Shown here piece after piece: positions 15,205 through 26,909 of a stretch of DNA of 64,000 nt. The translations under genes were made by a program, and so were the position numbers. Every line of letters starts with the position of its first letter. The stretch's first letter is position 1. The notes under the pieces were generated by a model. That model was not told the DNA's origin. It worked only from the letters and a program-made list of their open reading frames with translations, and did no database searches. This DNA is from the human T2T-CHM13v2.0 reference genome, Homo sapiens. The stretch lies in assembly GCF_009914755.1 (NCBI RefSeq), contig NC_060933.1. One strand, given 5' to 3'.

Positions 15205-15211
15205 GTTAGTG
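15205..15211 (-). promoter_or_regulatory. Consensus branch point CACTAAC for terminal-exon acceptor
   Basis: plus gttagtg, ~24 nt upstream of the AG at 15182-15183. Confidence 0.7.
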
Positions 15212-15559
15212 GGAGAATGGAAGAAAATGCAGAAATGTAAGTGAAACAACACAAGCACAAAGGAAATGGGGCAGGGGGAACCATGAGCCATGTGAATGGG
15301 GATGGCTATGAATGGAAATGAATGGATTTCCTAGTAAGAATTTTAAAAATTCAGATGCAGATCACCTATGAACTTCCAAGCAGAGCAAGGGTCTGTCTAT
15401 GGTCAAGTCATCATTTCTCAAAGGGTGTCTCATGGGTCAAGTCCGTCTGGAGAAAGCTAAGTGAAGGTGGAAAATGTTCCATTACTACAGGGCTGCTTGG
15501 AGGCATGCCAGCATGCACCATGAATGCCTCAGGCAGCATTTGCCAAAAGTGTTGGACTA

Positions 15560-15735
15560 ACAAACTCTGTTTTCATGGGGTATCTTTGTAGAGCTTGAAA
15601 ATACACAAAATGTTGGGCCCCACCCCATAGATTCTGATCCAGTAGGTCTGGGGTGGGGCTGAGAATTTGCATTAAACAAGCTTCCAGATGACACTAAAGC
15701 TGCCAACAGCAGGCCCACCCCAGAGAGGCACTGTT
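15560..15735. mobile_element. MER5A (hAT-Charlie)
   Basis: gggccccacccc..agattctgatccagtaggtctggggtggggctgagaatttgcatt. Confidence 0.75.
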
Positions 15736-16311
15736 TACGGCTTTCCTCAGAAGGCCTGCTTCTAGGCCATGCCTCAGAAGGAAACTAACATGATAAAACA
15801 GGCAATGATAAGCACAAACTTTTGTAAAAACAATGTTAATTAAAATAGCGTTTCTAGAAATCTCTTCTGTTTCTTACGTCTGAAGAATAAAGCACCTTTG
15901 AAATACAGTAAGATTTAGAATTATTACTCCACTAACCTAATCTGCTTTAAAAAGTTAAGTGACTACCAAGTGTTTATAAACAATCACGCTTTGGGGTTAC
16001 AAAATTCCCCAACAAACTTTTTTTTGGCCTTGCTCTAAGTGGGTTTATTTCCAGCATTTTATTCTCCATACTTTCTCAGAGAAAGGCTAGCAACCTCACC
16101 TTTATGCAAACTGAACTTGCCAACTATGTTTCTGAAATAGCTTCACACATAAACACCAATTAAGACTGATCTAAAATTCAAATCTTAAAAGGAACATTTG
16201 CTTTCACAAAGCTAGCCTTAAAAAAAAAAAAAAAAACAAAAAACCTGTCAAGCCTAACTATAAACACAGTCCAGCAGATGCCAGTTGGCTTAGAAAGGAT
16301 TATGGTAGGTT

Positions 16312-16520
16312 GGGGCCAAGGTTGGTAAATGGCAGCCCTCGGCCCAATCCCACTGTTTTTCTAAATCAGTTTCATTGAAGCACAGCCATAGCCTCTCATT
16401 TATGGATTGTCTAGGGCTGTTTTCAAAGTACAATGGCAGAGTTAAGGAGTTGTGACAGCGACCACAAAGCAGAATATATTGACTGTCTGATCCTTTACAG
16501 AAAAAGTTTATTGACCCCTC
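16312..16520. mobile_element. MER58A-like (hAT-Charlie)
   Basis: ttcattgaagcacagcc...ctttacagaaaaagtttattgacccct. Confidence 0.7.
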
Positions 16521-16986
16521 AGTTTAGGGAAAAAATATCTATTGCCACAAAAAGCAAACTCATTCCCCCAGCCCACCCCCGCAAAAAAAAAAAAAAAAAA
16601 AAAATCCTTAAAAAAAAAAAAACCCCATGACAACAAAATCCCCAAGCTTTCATCACATTTAAAGTAAACAAATTCTCAGGACAGAAAAATGTTACTTAGA
16701 AATTTTCAGTAACATCTTGAACACAAAACTAAAAACCAAGAATATATGAGATCAGAATGATTTTAAAAAATCAATGCATTTTTTATTTCACAAAGCATAC
16801 CTTTGATACATCCACACACATCACTGGCTACCTTTGCTTTGAAAATTTATTCATCTCGGCCATGACAATGCATCCCTTAAGGGTTATTTCTGATGCAGAC
16901 TTTCTACTCCTAACTAAGCAGAATCTGAACTTTTCTAGAGAAAGGAAAGCTTTCGAAGGTGCAGCTCTGGAAGCACCAGCACTTAC

Positions 16987-17051
16987 CTGACATTTGGAGA
17001 GTGAGGATGCCACCGGGGCTGGCTGGGATGGATATTAGGATGATATTGAGG
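16987..17051 (-). CDS. EPB41L4B: EPB41L4B exon 15 (65 nt): PQYHPNIHPSQPRWHPHSPNV(S/R); last exon shared by both isoforms
   Basis: tttctag|CCTCAA...GTCAG|gtaagt; phase 0-2. Confidence 0.95.
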
Positions 17052-17659
17052 CTAGAAATAAAACACCAAACTTGATTATTTGATGACCTTTTAATTTCAA
17101 TGGTCCTCATTCGCTTTGTCTGTTCCTGGCATCCACCCGAGGGGCTGGGGGACTAAGAATGGAAAGGCTATAGACCCTGGCTAGGGGGTGGATGTTTCCC
17201 AGGACGATCACGTTTCCCCCTCTGACAAAGGCTGGGGGCTGGCACCCAGTGCCGGTTCTTGCCCTCTCCAGAGGCGGCTCCCTGTGAAGGGGCTGGGAAG
17301 CTGCCCTTAGAAGGTGACAACACCGGCCTTGAAGGGGGTCGTCCGGAGTACCAGAGACAAGCTGTATTCATCTTCCCAAGGGAAGAGGCGGAAGGTGTCA
17401 GAGAGATGGGGAGAGTGGGAGGCAACTTCTCTCTTCAGAAACAATTTTTGTCATTGCTGAAAATGACAATGACCATGTGGAACAGTTACATCTGCACACA
17501 GACAAGGACTGGACAGGGATGCTAAGTGAAGCAGCAGGGCCGTGGGTGAAGGTTTTTTCTTTCTCTCTGGTTTATGCAATAAAAATAATCTTCTAAAATG
17601 CAATCCAAAACAAAATACCAAAACAAACAAAACCATCCAGAGCGCTTATCATCCTGATA

Positions 17660-17795
17660 AAACAGGAGGGAGGGAGAGAGTTTGAGAAGAAGGGATGAGG
17701 GGAGGGAGGGAAGGAAGGCAGGTAGGGAAAGAGAGAAGAAAGAAAAAGAAGGGAAGGGAAGGAAGAAAGAGAAAGAAGAGAAGGAAGGAGGTTGA
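17660..17795. repeat. GA-rich polypurine low-complexity tract
   Basis: gggagggaggaaggaagg...aaagaagagaaggaagg. Confidence 0.85.
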
Positions 17796-17803
17796 AGGTT
17801 GTC

Positions 17804-17971
17804 TTTTTTTTTTTTTTTTTTTTTTTTTTACAGAGTCTCACTCTGTCACCCAGGCTGGAGTGCAATGGCAGTATCTTGGCAACCTCTACCTCCTGGGTTC
17901 AAGCGATTCTCCTGCCTCAGTCTCCTGGGTAGCTGGGATTACAGGCACGTGCCACCACACCCCGCTAATTT
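17804..17971 (-). mobile_element. 5'-truncated Alu (right arm)
   Basis: T-tail plus right monomer only. Confidence 0.85.
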
Positions 17972-18814
17972 TGAAGGAAGTTGTCCATTTTAAGAAGAGA
18001 ACACAGACCCTGTACTCACAAACGGACTGAGGTGCAGCCCTAGCCGGCTAGGTAGCAGCCTGCCTTTCCACTTCTGGCCTGCAGAGGGCAGTGGTCCTAG
18101 ACATCAGCAGAAGTCAGGGGCTTCTCAAGGCTCAATCTCCTAAGGGGCAAATTAGGCCCTCCTGACATTTAAGTCACTACAGTCTTGCCACTGTTACTCT
18201 TTTAATTATTTCTTCCCCTCCTTCTCAGGATACTTTGCTTAGTAAGCAGTGGCCTGCTCTCTGGCACAGAGAATCTCAGCAGTTCTGTTCGTTCCATTTT
18301 CATGGACCTGAGATGCCCTCCCTGCCTGTTCTGTATTCAAGCAGCCTTTCCTTTCTCCTTCAAAGACGCCTGTCAGCAAGCAGACTCTGCAGCCCCCGGA
18401 AGGACATGCTGCAGGAAAAGGAATCTGGAGAAAATACCTCAGTAGCAGGATCTGGGAGCTGACCAGGGCTTTAGCATCTCCCTGCTGCAATCTCTGCATA
18501 TTTCTCCTTTAGGGGCTACAGAAACCCACAGAGTTTAGATGATTTGCCCAGAGTCTAACTGTTCCAGGTGTTTTGATCACATAGACAGGCCCAGAATGAG
18601 GTTCCATTCATTGGCTGTTCAACAATAGAGAAAGGCTGACCTAGAACTGGACCCTCTATGTTTTCCTCTGGCTTTAAACACAACCAAATCAGATTCATCA
18701 GAGAGAGAGGTGGGAACCTTAGCCACAGACCTGGAAAAAGATTTTGGAAACTTCCTTGGTCTCCTCTGGCAATTTATTCACATTCTCAACTGTCAAGGAG
18801 TATTTTAGTGTTAA

Positions 18815-19010
18815 CCCAGCTGGTTCTCAACTGGTACACTCATATCCCTTGGAGGACAATGGGAAATGACTGTGTGCATGTTTGCTTGTCATAGTAAGAG
18901 AGAAAAGGGAAGCTAATCATCCTGCAATTCCAGGGACAGTCCCAAACAATGAAGAACTCTCCCTCCCCAAATGCCAACAGCGTCCTCATTGAGAACACAG
19001 AGATCCATCC
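18815..19010. mobile_element. MER20-like
   Basis: cagctggttctcaact...gggacagtccc...ccccaaatgccaacagcgtcctcattgagaa. Confidence 0.65.
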
Positions 19011-19482
19011 TTTGCAGCTGGCTGACCTTGCAGTGCTTGAAATAAGATAAATGCTGCAACACCATCCTCTCAAATACCCTTCACGGTATTCACATGCCAA
19101 TCAGGCCACTTCTCAGGACGTTCTCTTCCCGGTCAATTTATTCCCAACCCTTGATAGAACACAAGACCTCTAAGATTGGCAAGGTCCAAAGGACCCGTGG
19201 TTGCCAATGATGTTGCGATAACAATGCCTAGATGAGTTTCAGTAGATATGATTTCAACAATCGCCTCATGTTCACTCTAAGCAGAAAACGCACAGTGAGA
19301 ACACACTACAGGCTATGCGGAGAGGGCACAGGCAGTGCTCAGCTGCTTTGCTTTTCTAAAATTTTTCTCTCCTTCAAGCACTGATCACCTATCAATTACC
19401 TGTCTCTACAACTTTTCAGTTACTCACACCTGAAAACCCCTTAACAAAAAACAATCAGTGAATAACAAGATTCAAGAACCCT

Positions 19483-19693
19483 GGCCGGGCACGGTGGCTC
19501 ACACCTGTAAACCCAGCACTTTGGGAGGCTGAGGCGAGCAGATCACTTGAGGTCAGGAGTTTGAGACCAGCGTGGCCAACATGGTGAAACTTTGTCTCTA
19601 TTAAAAATGTAAAAATTAGCCGGGCGTGGTGGCATACACCTATAACCCCAGATACTTGGGAGGCTGAGGCAAGAGAATCACTTGAACCCAGGA
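19483..19693 (+). mobile_element. AluS, 3'-truncated
   Basis: body stops at cttgaacccagga. Confidence 0.88.
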
Positions 19694-19821
19694 TTATTTA
19701 AAAATAGAGATGGGGTCTCACTATGTTGCCCAGACCGGTCTTGAATTCTTGGGCTCAAGTGATCCTCTTGCCTTGGCTTCCCAACGTGCTGGGATTACAC
19801 GCATGAGCCACTGTGGCCAAC
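19694..19821 (-). mobile_element. Alu left arm (FLAM/AluJ) directly abutting previous Alu in opposite orientation
   Basis: tagagatggggtctcactatgttgccc...gggattacacgcatgagccactg. Confidence 0.85.
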
Positions 19822-20367
19822 TCTGAGTTGGTCTTTGAGAGATACTTTAATATACTGATAGGAAGCAAAGGAATTCCAGGCAGACAAACACGGGCAAAGA
19901 ATGGTGGGAAGAAATTATGGGGCAACAATTATGCAATTCCCTGTGAGTTGAACATATGGAGCGTGATGGGAGTGGTGAGAAATAAATAGAGAAGTTGGAA
20001 CCAGGTGGTACAAGGCTGTGAATGGCCAGAGAGAGAGCCACCCACAGTGGCTTAGGAAGAATGTGCTTGATCCAGGCTGAGCTGTAAACCACACCTTCCA
20101 TGTTACCAGGCATGGGTGAGCTGGCAGGCGGCACAGGCCCTGGTTGGCCGTCCTGAGAAACAGCAAGACGCCAGCCATAGAAACGTACCTGTGCTCCTTC
20201 CTGCAGGCAATGGGCCTAGCACATCACCTAGCACAGTGCTTTACAAAGCAGGTTCTAGAAACCATGTATCTATTCGTGTTAATGAGTTCACCACTACCAA
20301 AAAATGGTAGGGGTTGAGGCTAGCGTTTTTTTAAAAAAGATATGAAGGGGCTGAGGCTAGTGTTTGT

Positions 20368-20527
20368 CTTTTTAAATAGATGAGTTCCCACTGTGTCGTC
20401 TGGGCTGAAGTGCAGTGGTATTCATGATAATAGCTCACTGCAGCCTTGAATTCCTGGGCTCAAGTGATCCTCTCGCCTTAGCTCCCCCAAATAGCTGGCA
20501 CTACAGATGTACACCACCGTGCCAGCT
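20368..20527 (-). mobile_element. FAM-like Alu monomer
   Basis: gtgcagtggtattca.. (FAM-type insert) ..gctcactgcagccttgaattcctgggctcaag. Confidence 0.7.
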
Positions 20528-21118
20528 CAAGACTAGTTTTTTTTTTTTTTTTTTTAATCAGGGGCGTGAGAGGGGAGCAATTCGCAAATAATTTGGGGAA
20601 ACAATAAATTTAAAAAAATAAAACATGTCTTTCTTGCAGGATTTCTCAGTACTTTCATACCTCAGTGGACACTGTAAAATCCAAGAAGGGGAATGAAAGA
20701 TGTGACATTTCCCAAACATTTGACCAAAACATCCTTTCCTGGAAGCCCATCTCAAGGGACTCATGTTCCCTAGGCCTAAAACACACTTTGACCAAAAGCT
20801 GCCTCACTTGAATGCCACTAAGGGGCTGTGTGTGGCCACCCAGAAACTTAAACATATGTCCCTGATGCTTGCCAGTTGACAAGGTTAAGAAAAACAGGCA
20901 GTTCAGATGGCCAAGAAGTGGCAGGGGTCAGAAGGAAAGGGCTCTTCTCTTACCATTTTCTCAAAAAAACAAATATTGTTATTATTTTCTCAAAATCTGA
21001 TTACAAATATGATGACTGCTCATTATGGAAAATTTAGAAACTTTACAAAAACCTTTTTTTAAATTTTATTTTTAAAATTTTCCTTCTTTAAAGAAAACCT
21101 TTAAAAGCAGTATCTTAC

Positions 21119-21152
21119 CTGGTAATTATGGACTTCTGGATTTGTTTTAGAG
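21119..21152 (-). CDS. EPB41L4B: EPB41L4B exon 14 (34 nt): (C)SKTNPEVHNYQ
   Basis: long U-rich tract ...tgtttag|CTCT...TACCAG|gtaaga; phase 2-0. Confidence 0.93.
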
Positions 21153-21979
21153 CTAAACAAACAAACAAACAAAAAACAGAAAAAAAAAGAAAAATAGGTT
21201 GTAGAGTGGCATTATTAATGATTTATTTAACAATCATGAACTATTCCTATGTGCTACATACTCTAATAGGAACTTCCACATAATGACTTTTTTTTGGTTA
21301 TTGGCTGTTTAAAATGAACATATAACAAGGAAAACCCCAGACAGCAACTTTCACTTGTCCTTTTAGAGCTCACAAACAGAAACAGTAGGAAATATTCCAG
21401 AATGCAGTCTCAATGTCATATTTTGGTGACAAAAATGAGGTCCTGTTTCAGTTGGGCAAACCAAGTAATTTTACTCCCATTTCAGGCCTGCCCTGGCATT
21501 GCTGGGAGACCTCACAGCACCGGCACCAGAAGCTCCAGTGATGCGCAGAGCCTCTTCCCACGGCAGGGGGAGGCACCGATCCCTCCTGAGCATCTCCCAC
21601 TGGGTACTGTGGTGGGAGCCACATGTGGGTCCCCTTGCTATTAAAACCACTGTCAATAATCTGGCCACCACTTTGGAATGTTCTCTCCAGACAAGACTCT
21701 GTACTGGGAACTTCACATCTGTTATTATTTAATCCACACGACAAGGCTATGAGGTCAACAAATGTGACCACCTCGTTTTACAGATAAAGGAACAGTTGCC
21801 TAACAGAGAGTTGGGAAACCTGCTCAGGGTCGCCTGGCTGGTCAGTGGGAGCCAGGGCTAGAATCAACATCTGCAGAATCCTAAAGCCTGTCTTCTTTCT
21901 GCTAAACCAACTTGGCTCTTAGAGGGACTGAGAAAAGGCTCAGGGCTCCTCATCATGATCCTATTTCGATGGAATCTTT

Positions 21980-22106
21980 TTGTTTGTTTTAAGAGATGAG
22001 ATCTCACATGTTGCCCGGGCTGGTCCTGAACTCCTGGGCTCAAGCAATCCTCCAGCCTCAACCTCCCAAAGTGTTGGGATTATAGGCATGAGCCACTGTG
22101 CTTGGC
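21980..22106 (-). mobile_element. FLAM monomer
   Basis: left-arm-only Alu. Confidence 0.85.
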
Positions 22107-22140
22107 TGATGAGATCTTAAATGCTAAATATATATATATA

Positions 22141-22477
<337 letters not shown>

Positions 22478-24139
22478 TCATTATTGCCAGGAGGTGTGCT
22501 TGAAATCAAGTGTTATTGCTGGCTTCTCCAACACTGAGAGGCAAACAGATCATTGTTATAAGTCTTGCTTGGGGTCTAAATGGCTCTGTGTTCTGGTTTT
22601 CAGGGAGGACCAGTACACAGAGCTAGGCTCTGAACCAGATCACCTCTGGCTGGACTTCATCAGGTAAGTTAAGCGTTCCGCAAGGTGCTATTTTTCTAGT
22701 AGTACCTCTGGAGCCCAGAGCACAATTTCATCCACGGCTCCCACAGCAATCCTACTCACCCTGGGATCCCACAGGCTGTGAAGAGCAATTGAACAGCTGC
22801 GAACAGCAGTTAGCTCATTTGTTCCTAAAGGGTATATTTATCAGGGCTTTTTTTTTTGGGCAGAATTTTTTTTTTTTTTTTAGTTTGTTTTGGTTCCCAA
22901 TATATAATCTCCACTAGATGCTGGGAGGAAAATGTAATTTTATTAGGGAGAAACAAGCAAAACAATCACTACCTTAGAGAGCAAAGTAAAGAAATTGGGG
23001 CTGTAACTTACAAGCCCCAGAGAATTAAAAGCAAGACACCCCGACAAGCTAAGAAAGGTACAGATACCATTTGGCATACTATCTGCCAGAAGGATCCTAA
23101 AAATGGGGTGAATCTAGGGACCTACAACTAACCCATCCAGAATACTGCAACCTCCTCCCACCCTCCGGGGCAGGGGGCGACACAGAGCAGTTCAACAGGA
23201 CCCCTGAGCCCCTTCATCAGATGCTGAGAACAAAACCCAGAGACAAAAGGCAGAATGACGCTGAAAGTAGGATTTGGAATCAGAGATGCGAGGTTGAGTT
23301 TCCAGCTGTGTAATATGAGGGACCAGCTGTGTTCTCTAGAACCCTGGGTTCCTTGAAGGTGCCCTGGAGCTACGGGGTGGGAGGAGTGGCAGAAGAGCAG
23401 GCAGGAACTGGCCTCTCCCTCCCCACTCGGCTTCATCCGGAGGACCTCCACATTTGTCTGTTCTGTATTTTGGGCTTTGACATCAGGTTTCTTCTAGAGG
23501 GTGAAAATCAGAGGGTAAAACAGTTTGGAAAAACACTGATCTAGCCCAACCTCCTGATTTGCAAAACAGAAAACGGAGGCCCAGAAGTAGGAAGGCCTAA
23601 GTCTCCAGAGCTGGGTTAGAACACAGCTGGTACCTGGAGGGAGGGTTCCTGATGCCTCAGCCAGGGCTCTCCTCGCTCACCGGGGTATCTGCAACCCGCT
23701 CCACCCCGTGCCACGTTTTGCCAACTGTCCTGACTGATAGTGCATGGCACAGTCAAGCTGTGCCCATCTCAAAGACCACCCTCTCAGCCGCCTTGAGACC
23801 TGCGCCTGGGATGACTGAGAGCCTAATGAACCTGGCCTACCTACCAGCGGCTGCAGTTCAGACCAAAGGTCCAAACAATGCAAGTCTGTGGTTCTCTCAC
23901 ATGACAGCTTGTCTACTCAACAAGCCAAAACTCACATAAGACAGGCAGTTGTTTCAGAGAGAGCAAGAGCGGTATATGCCGGGCAGACTCACCTGGGCAG
24001 CTTTAAAAACAAGCTATATGGGTCCCACCCTGAGAGACTGATTCAATGCGCCTGGGGTGTGGCTGCGGAGGATGTTTCAGATAATTATGCTCACCAGATC
24101 ATTCTACTATACAGGCAAGACCCTGGACACCTGTGCCAG

Positions 24140-24368
24140 GGAAGAGGCCTGCAAAAACTATACCCCTTGGGCCAAATCTGGTCCACTGATATTTATAAGT
24201 AAAGTTTTATTGGAATGCAGTCACGTTCGCTCATTTACATATTTTCCACAGCGGCTCTCTAGCTACAACAGCAGAGGTGAGTAGCTGTGAAAGACACAGC
24301 AGAGCCTGCAAAGTCTCAAACATGGACTATGTGGCCCTTTACAGAAAATGTTTGCTGAATCCTGTGCT
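24140..24368. mobile_element. MER58A-like
   Basis: gggccaaatctggtcc...taaagttttattggaa...tggccctttacagaaaatgtttgctga. Confidence 0.75.
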
Positions 24369-24839
24369 GGCAATTTTCACTCTTGTGATAAGTTCATTTT
24401 CCTGCAGGAATTTCAGTAAAGGTGTTTAATGTCTTCTATGATGTAAAACCTGCACGTCACTGAGCAAATCTAGCATCTGCTCTCGTCCAGCTTTTGCTCG
24501 CGAGCAAGGCCTTCCTCTCCCAGCACTGCCTGCCACGCCATGAGCACAGTGTGCTGCGCACAGGCCTCTACCTTTCCCACCCACTGTTATCATAAACAAA
24601 GCACACAGCTACTCAAACAAAGCAGCTGTGTTTGCCAAAAAAACCAAACTGTCTTGGAACATTATATTGTGTACTTATTGAAAGCCATGAGCATGGAATA
24701 GCCAGGCAGCAGAAAAAGGGGAAAAAAATTACCAGATGACACACTTCCTGATTTCACTGTAGTAAGGAAAAAGTCAACATTGCAAATAAATACGATCCTT
24801 AGAGAGGAGAGCTGTGCTCTAGAGCTCAAGGACACTCAC

Positions 24840-24870
24840 CAGAGCTGGGCTGCTATCACTGGGTTGCTTG
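24840..24870 (-). CDS. EPB41L4B: EPB41L4B exon 13 (31 nt): (A)SNPVIAAQL(C)
   Basis: tttatag|CAAGC...CTCTG|gtgagt; phase 1-2 links exons 12 and 14. Confidence 0.93.
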
Positions 24871-26799
24871 CTATAAAGGAAAAACAGAAAGTTATGACAT
24901 CTTAGAGAACTTTATCGCTTTCACCATGCAATGACAGATAATGGCCATGCGAGACTTCTACCATCACAGAGCCTTTCCAACTCCAACCCAGGCAGAACTG
25001 CATGGTGGCTACTTCTCCTTTCCTCAGGGAGAGTAAACTACCCCTCCCTCTGATTCACTCAGCAACCATCCACTCAGCAGGTTCCCAGGGCTGGGCGCTC
25101 TGGGAGGCAGGGACAAAGAGACACAGTCTCTGCTCTCAAGAAGTTCCCTGTCTAGAGACAGAGAAAGGCAGATACAGAGAAGTGGGTAAAAGGGAAAACA
25201 GCACACGGTGATCAGGGATGCAATATAAGCATGGGTCTGGACTGAGGGGCCTCGGGGACGCCGTGAGGGCCTGCATGGACAGAGCCCTGGGAATGAGGTA
25301 CAGCTTAGCCGCTTACACTCCATTTTGTTTTTAAAAGGATAGATGTGGCAGGGAAAATCATTAAAAGCTTGACAAAGAAGATGCTAGAACTCTGGCTGGA
25401 AAAAAGTCAGTGAAATAAGGGAGAGAAAAGAGGGAGGGGGAAAAGAATCACAGACCCTGGGGCCCAGATCTCTAAAGCCATCTGGTGGGGTCAAACCACA
25501 GGACGTCCACTTCCCTCTGTGACAGCCACACCAGGGGGTCCCTCCCTTTGTGCTGTATACACCTGTAGGGGCTGGGAACGCACTGCTATCTTGAGACAGC
25601 TCTTTTGATCTTTGGAAAATTGTTCCTTACACTGAGCTATTTCTGGACAACTCTGAACCAGTGGACTACACACACCAGCATAATCCTCCTCATGGAACAG
25701 AACAGAGAGCGTTCTGGCCCCTTCCTCCCGGGCGCTGTGGCCACCCTTCATCAACCCATCGCCCTTCTCTGGACACGCTCCCATCCCCTGGCCTCTCTCG
25801 AAGGGCAGGACTATTTCCTGTGCTGTGGGCATTTTCCCTCCACTAAAGCAGCTGGGAGTGACTAAGAATTTCAGGTAGTCATGCTGTTGCACCATCGGTT
25901 CATAAAGGAAAGAATGGTGGGGAACACAAAGTTACAGATTCCAGAAGGGAACAAGTAGAGGTACCAAGTCCCATGGAGGCCCACTAAGTCCTGAGCCAAG
26001 AAAAATGCATGGAGTGGCCACAAGGAAATCATGTACAGAAGGGGCCAGGAGGCTGGGAGTGCAGAGGCTCTGCCATAAAAGAGCAAACACTGAGTACAAA
26101 CTGGGCGTCCTAAGTCGGGGAGCAACCTAGTGTAGAGAAAGAAGAGCTACAAGATGGGATCTGGAGGCTGGGATCCAACAGAAATGAGCCTGGCTTGCTC
26201 ATTCACTGACTGAGTTGTACTGTGTTCCGGGCCTCATACAGGTATGAGGCCCCAGCTGTAACTGATGGACAAGGTTGAAGGGGTTTGGAAAGGGGAAGGG
26301 GGCAGGCATTCTAGGGCCTGGCTAAATTTAAGGGTGAGGAAAGTTTGGACTGACTGTGGGACTTGAGCCGAATATCTAAAAGTTCTTCATGTACTTGTAC
26401 GTGGTCAGAATTCCAGTTAGCATGGGCCTGATGTCCACACTTAAAATTGCAAGATGATGGAGATACAGTATCTTCTATAGGCAAGAAAGGTGTTTCCCTG
26501 TGATATTCCTGAGGTACCGGGGCTTGAGCCCAGGTCTAAAAGAAGCAAAGAGGCACATGGAAAGAAATATGGAGAAAGGGGAGAAATAAATGAACACATC
26601 CACGGCAAACACTAATGACAGAGGGATGGCGGAAGTGGCCAGGTCCCGTTAAAAGAACACCACTGGGATTATTTTTCCAAAAGCTCCAGACTGGAGAACT
26701 GCGGGTACTTTCTTCATAAGCTGCTTGACCAAGCTCCTCGAGGGCTTAAATGACTCAAGCATAATGTAAAATTCCAAGAAAGAATGAAAAACACACAAC

Positions 26800-26909
26800 C
26801 TTTGAACGTTGAATGTCTCCGGGATGGATAACGTTTACTAGGCTTCCTCTCAAAGGTGCTGGTTCTTCGTAACCTGGAGCCATGTGTAGCTTGATATTCT
26901 GTCCGCCCA
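26800..26909 (-). CDS. EPB41L4B: EPB41L4B exon 12 (110 nt): (S)GRTEYQATHGSRLRRTSTFERKPSKRYPSRRHSTFK(A)
   Basis: ttcccag|TGGG...AAAG|gttgtg; FA domain 'FER.PSKR'. Confidence 0.96.

Noticed and set aside
16100-16131. 32-nt pseudo-exon with AAG|gtgagg donor
   Set aside because: Weak acceptor, frameshifting, no supporting motifs
17168-17425. Pro/Ser-rich 85-aa minus ORF upstream of exon 15
   Set aside because: No phase-compatible acceptor/donor pair found; the candidate acceptor gives early stops
25491-25895. 134-aa minus-strand ORF in intron 12
   Set aside because: No recognisable domain; the nearby acceptor (caacag|CATGA) gives an immediate stop in exon 12's phase
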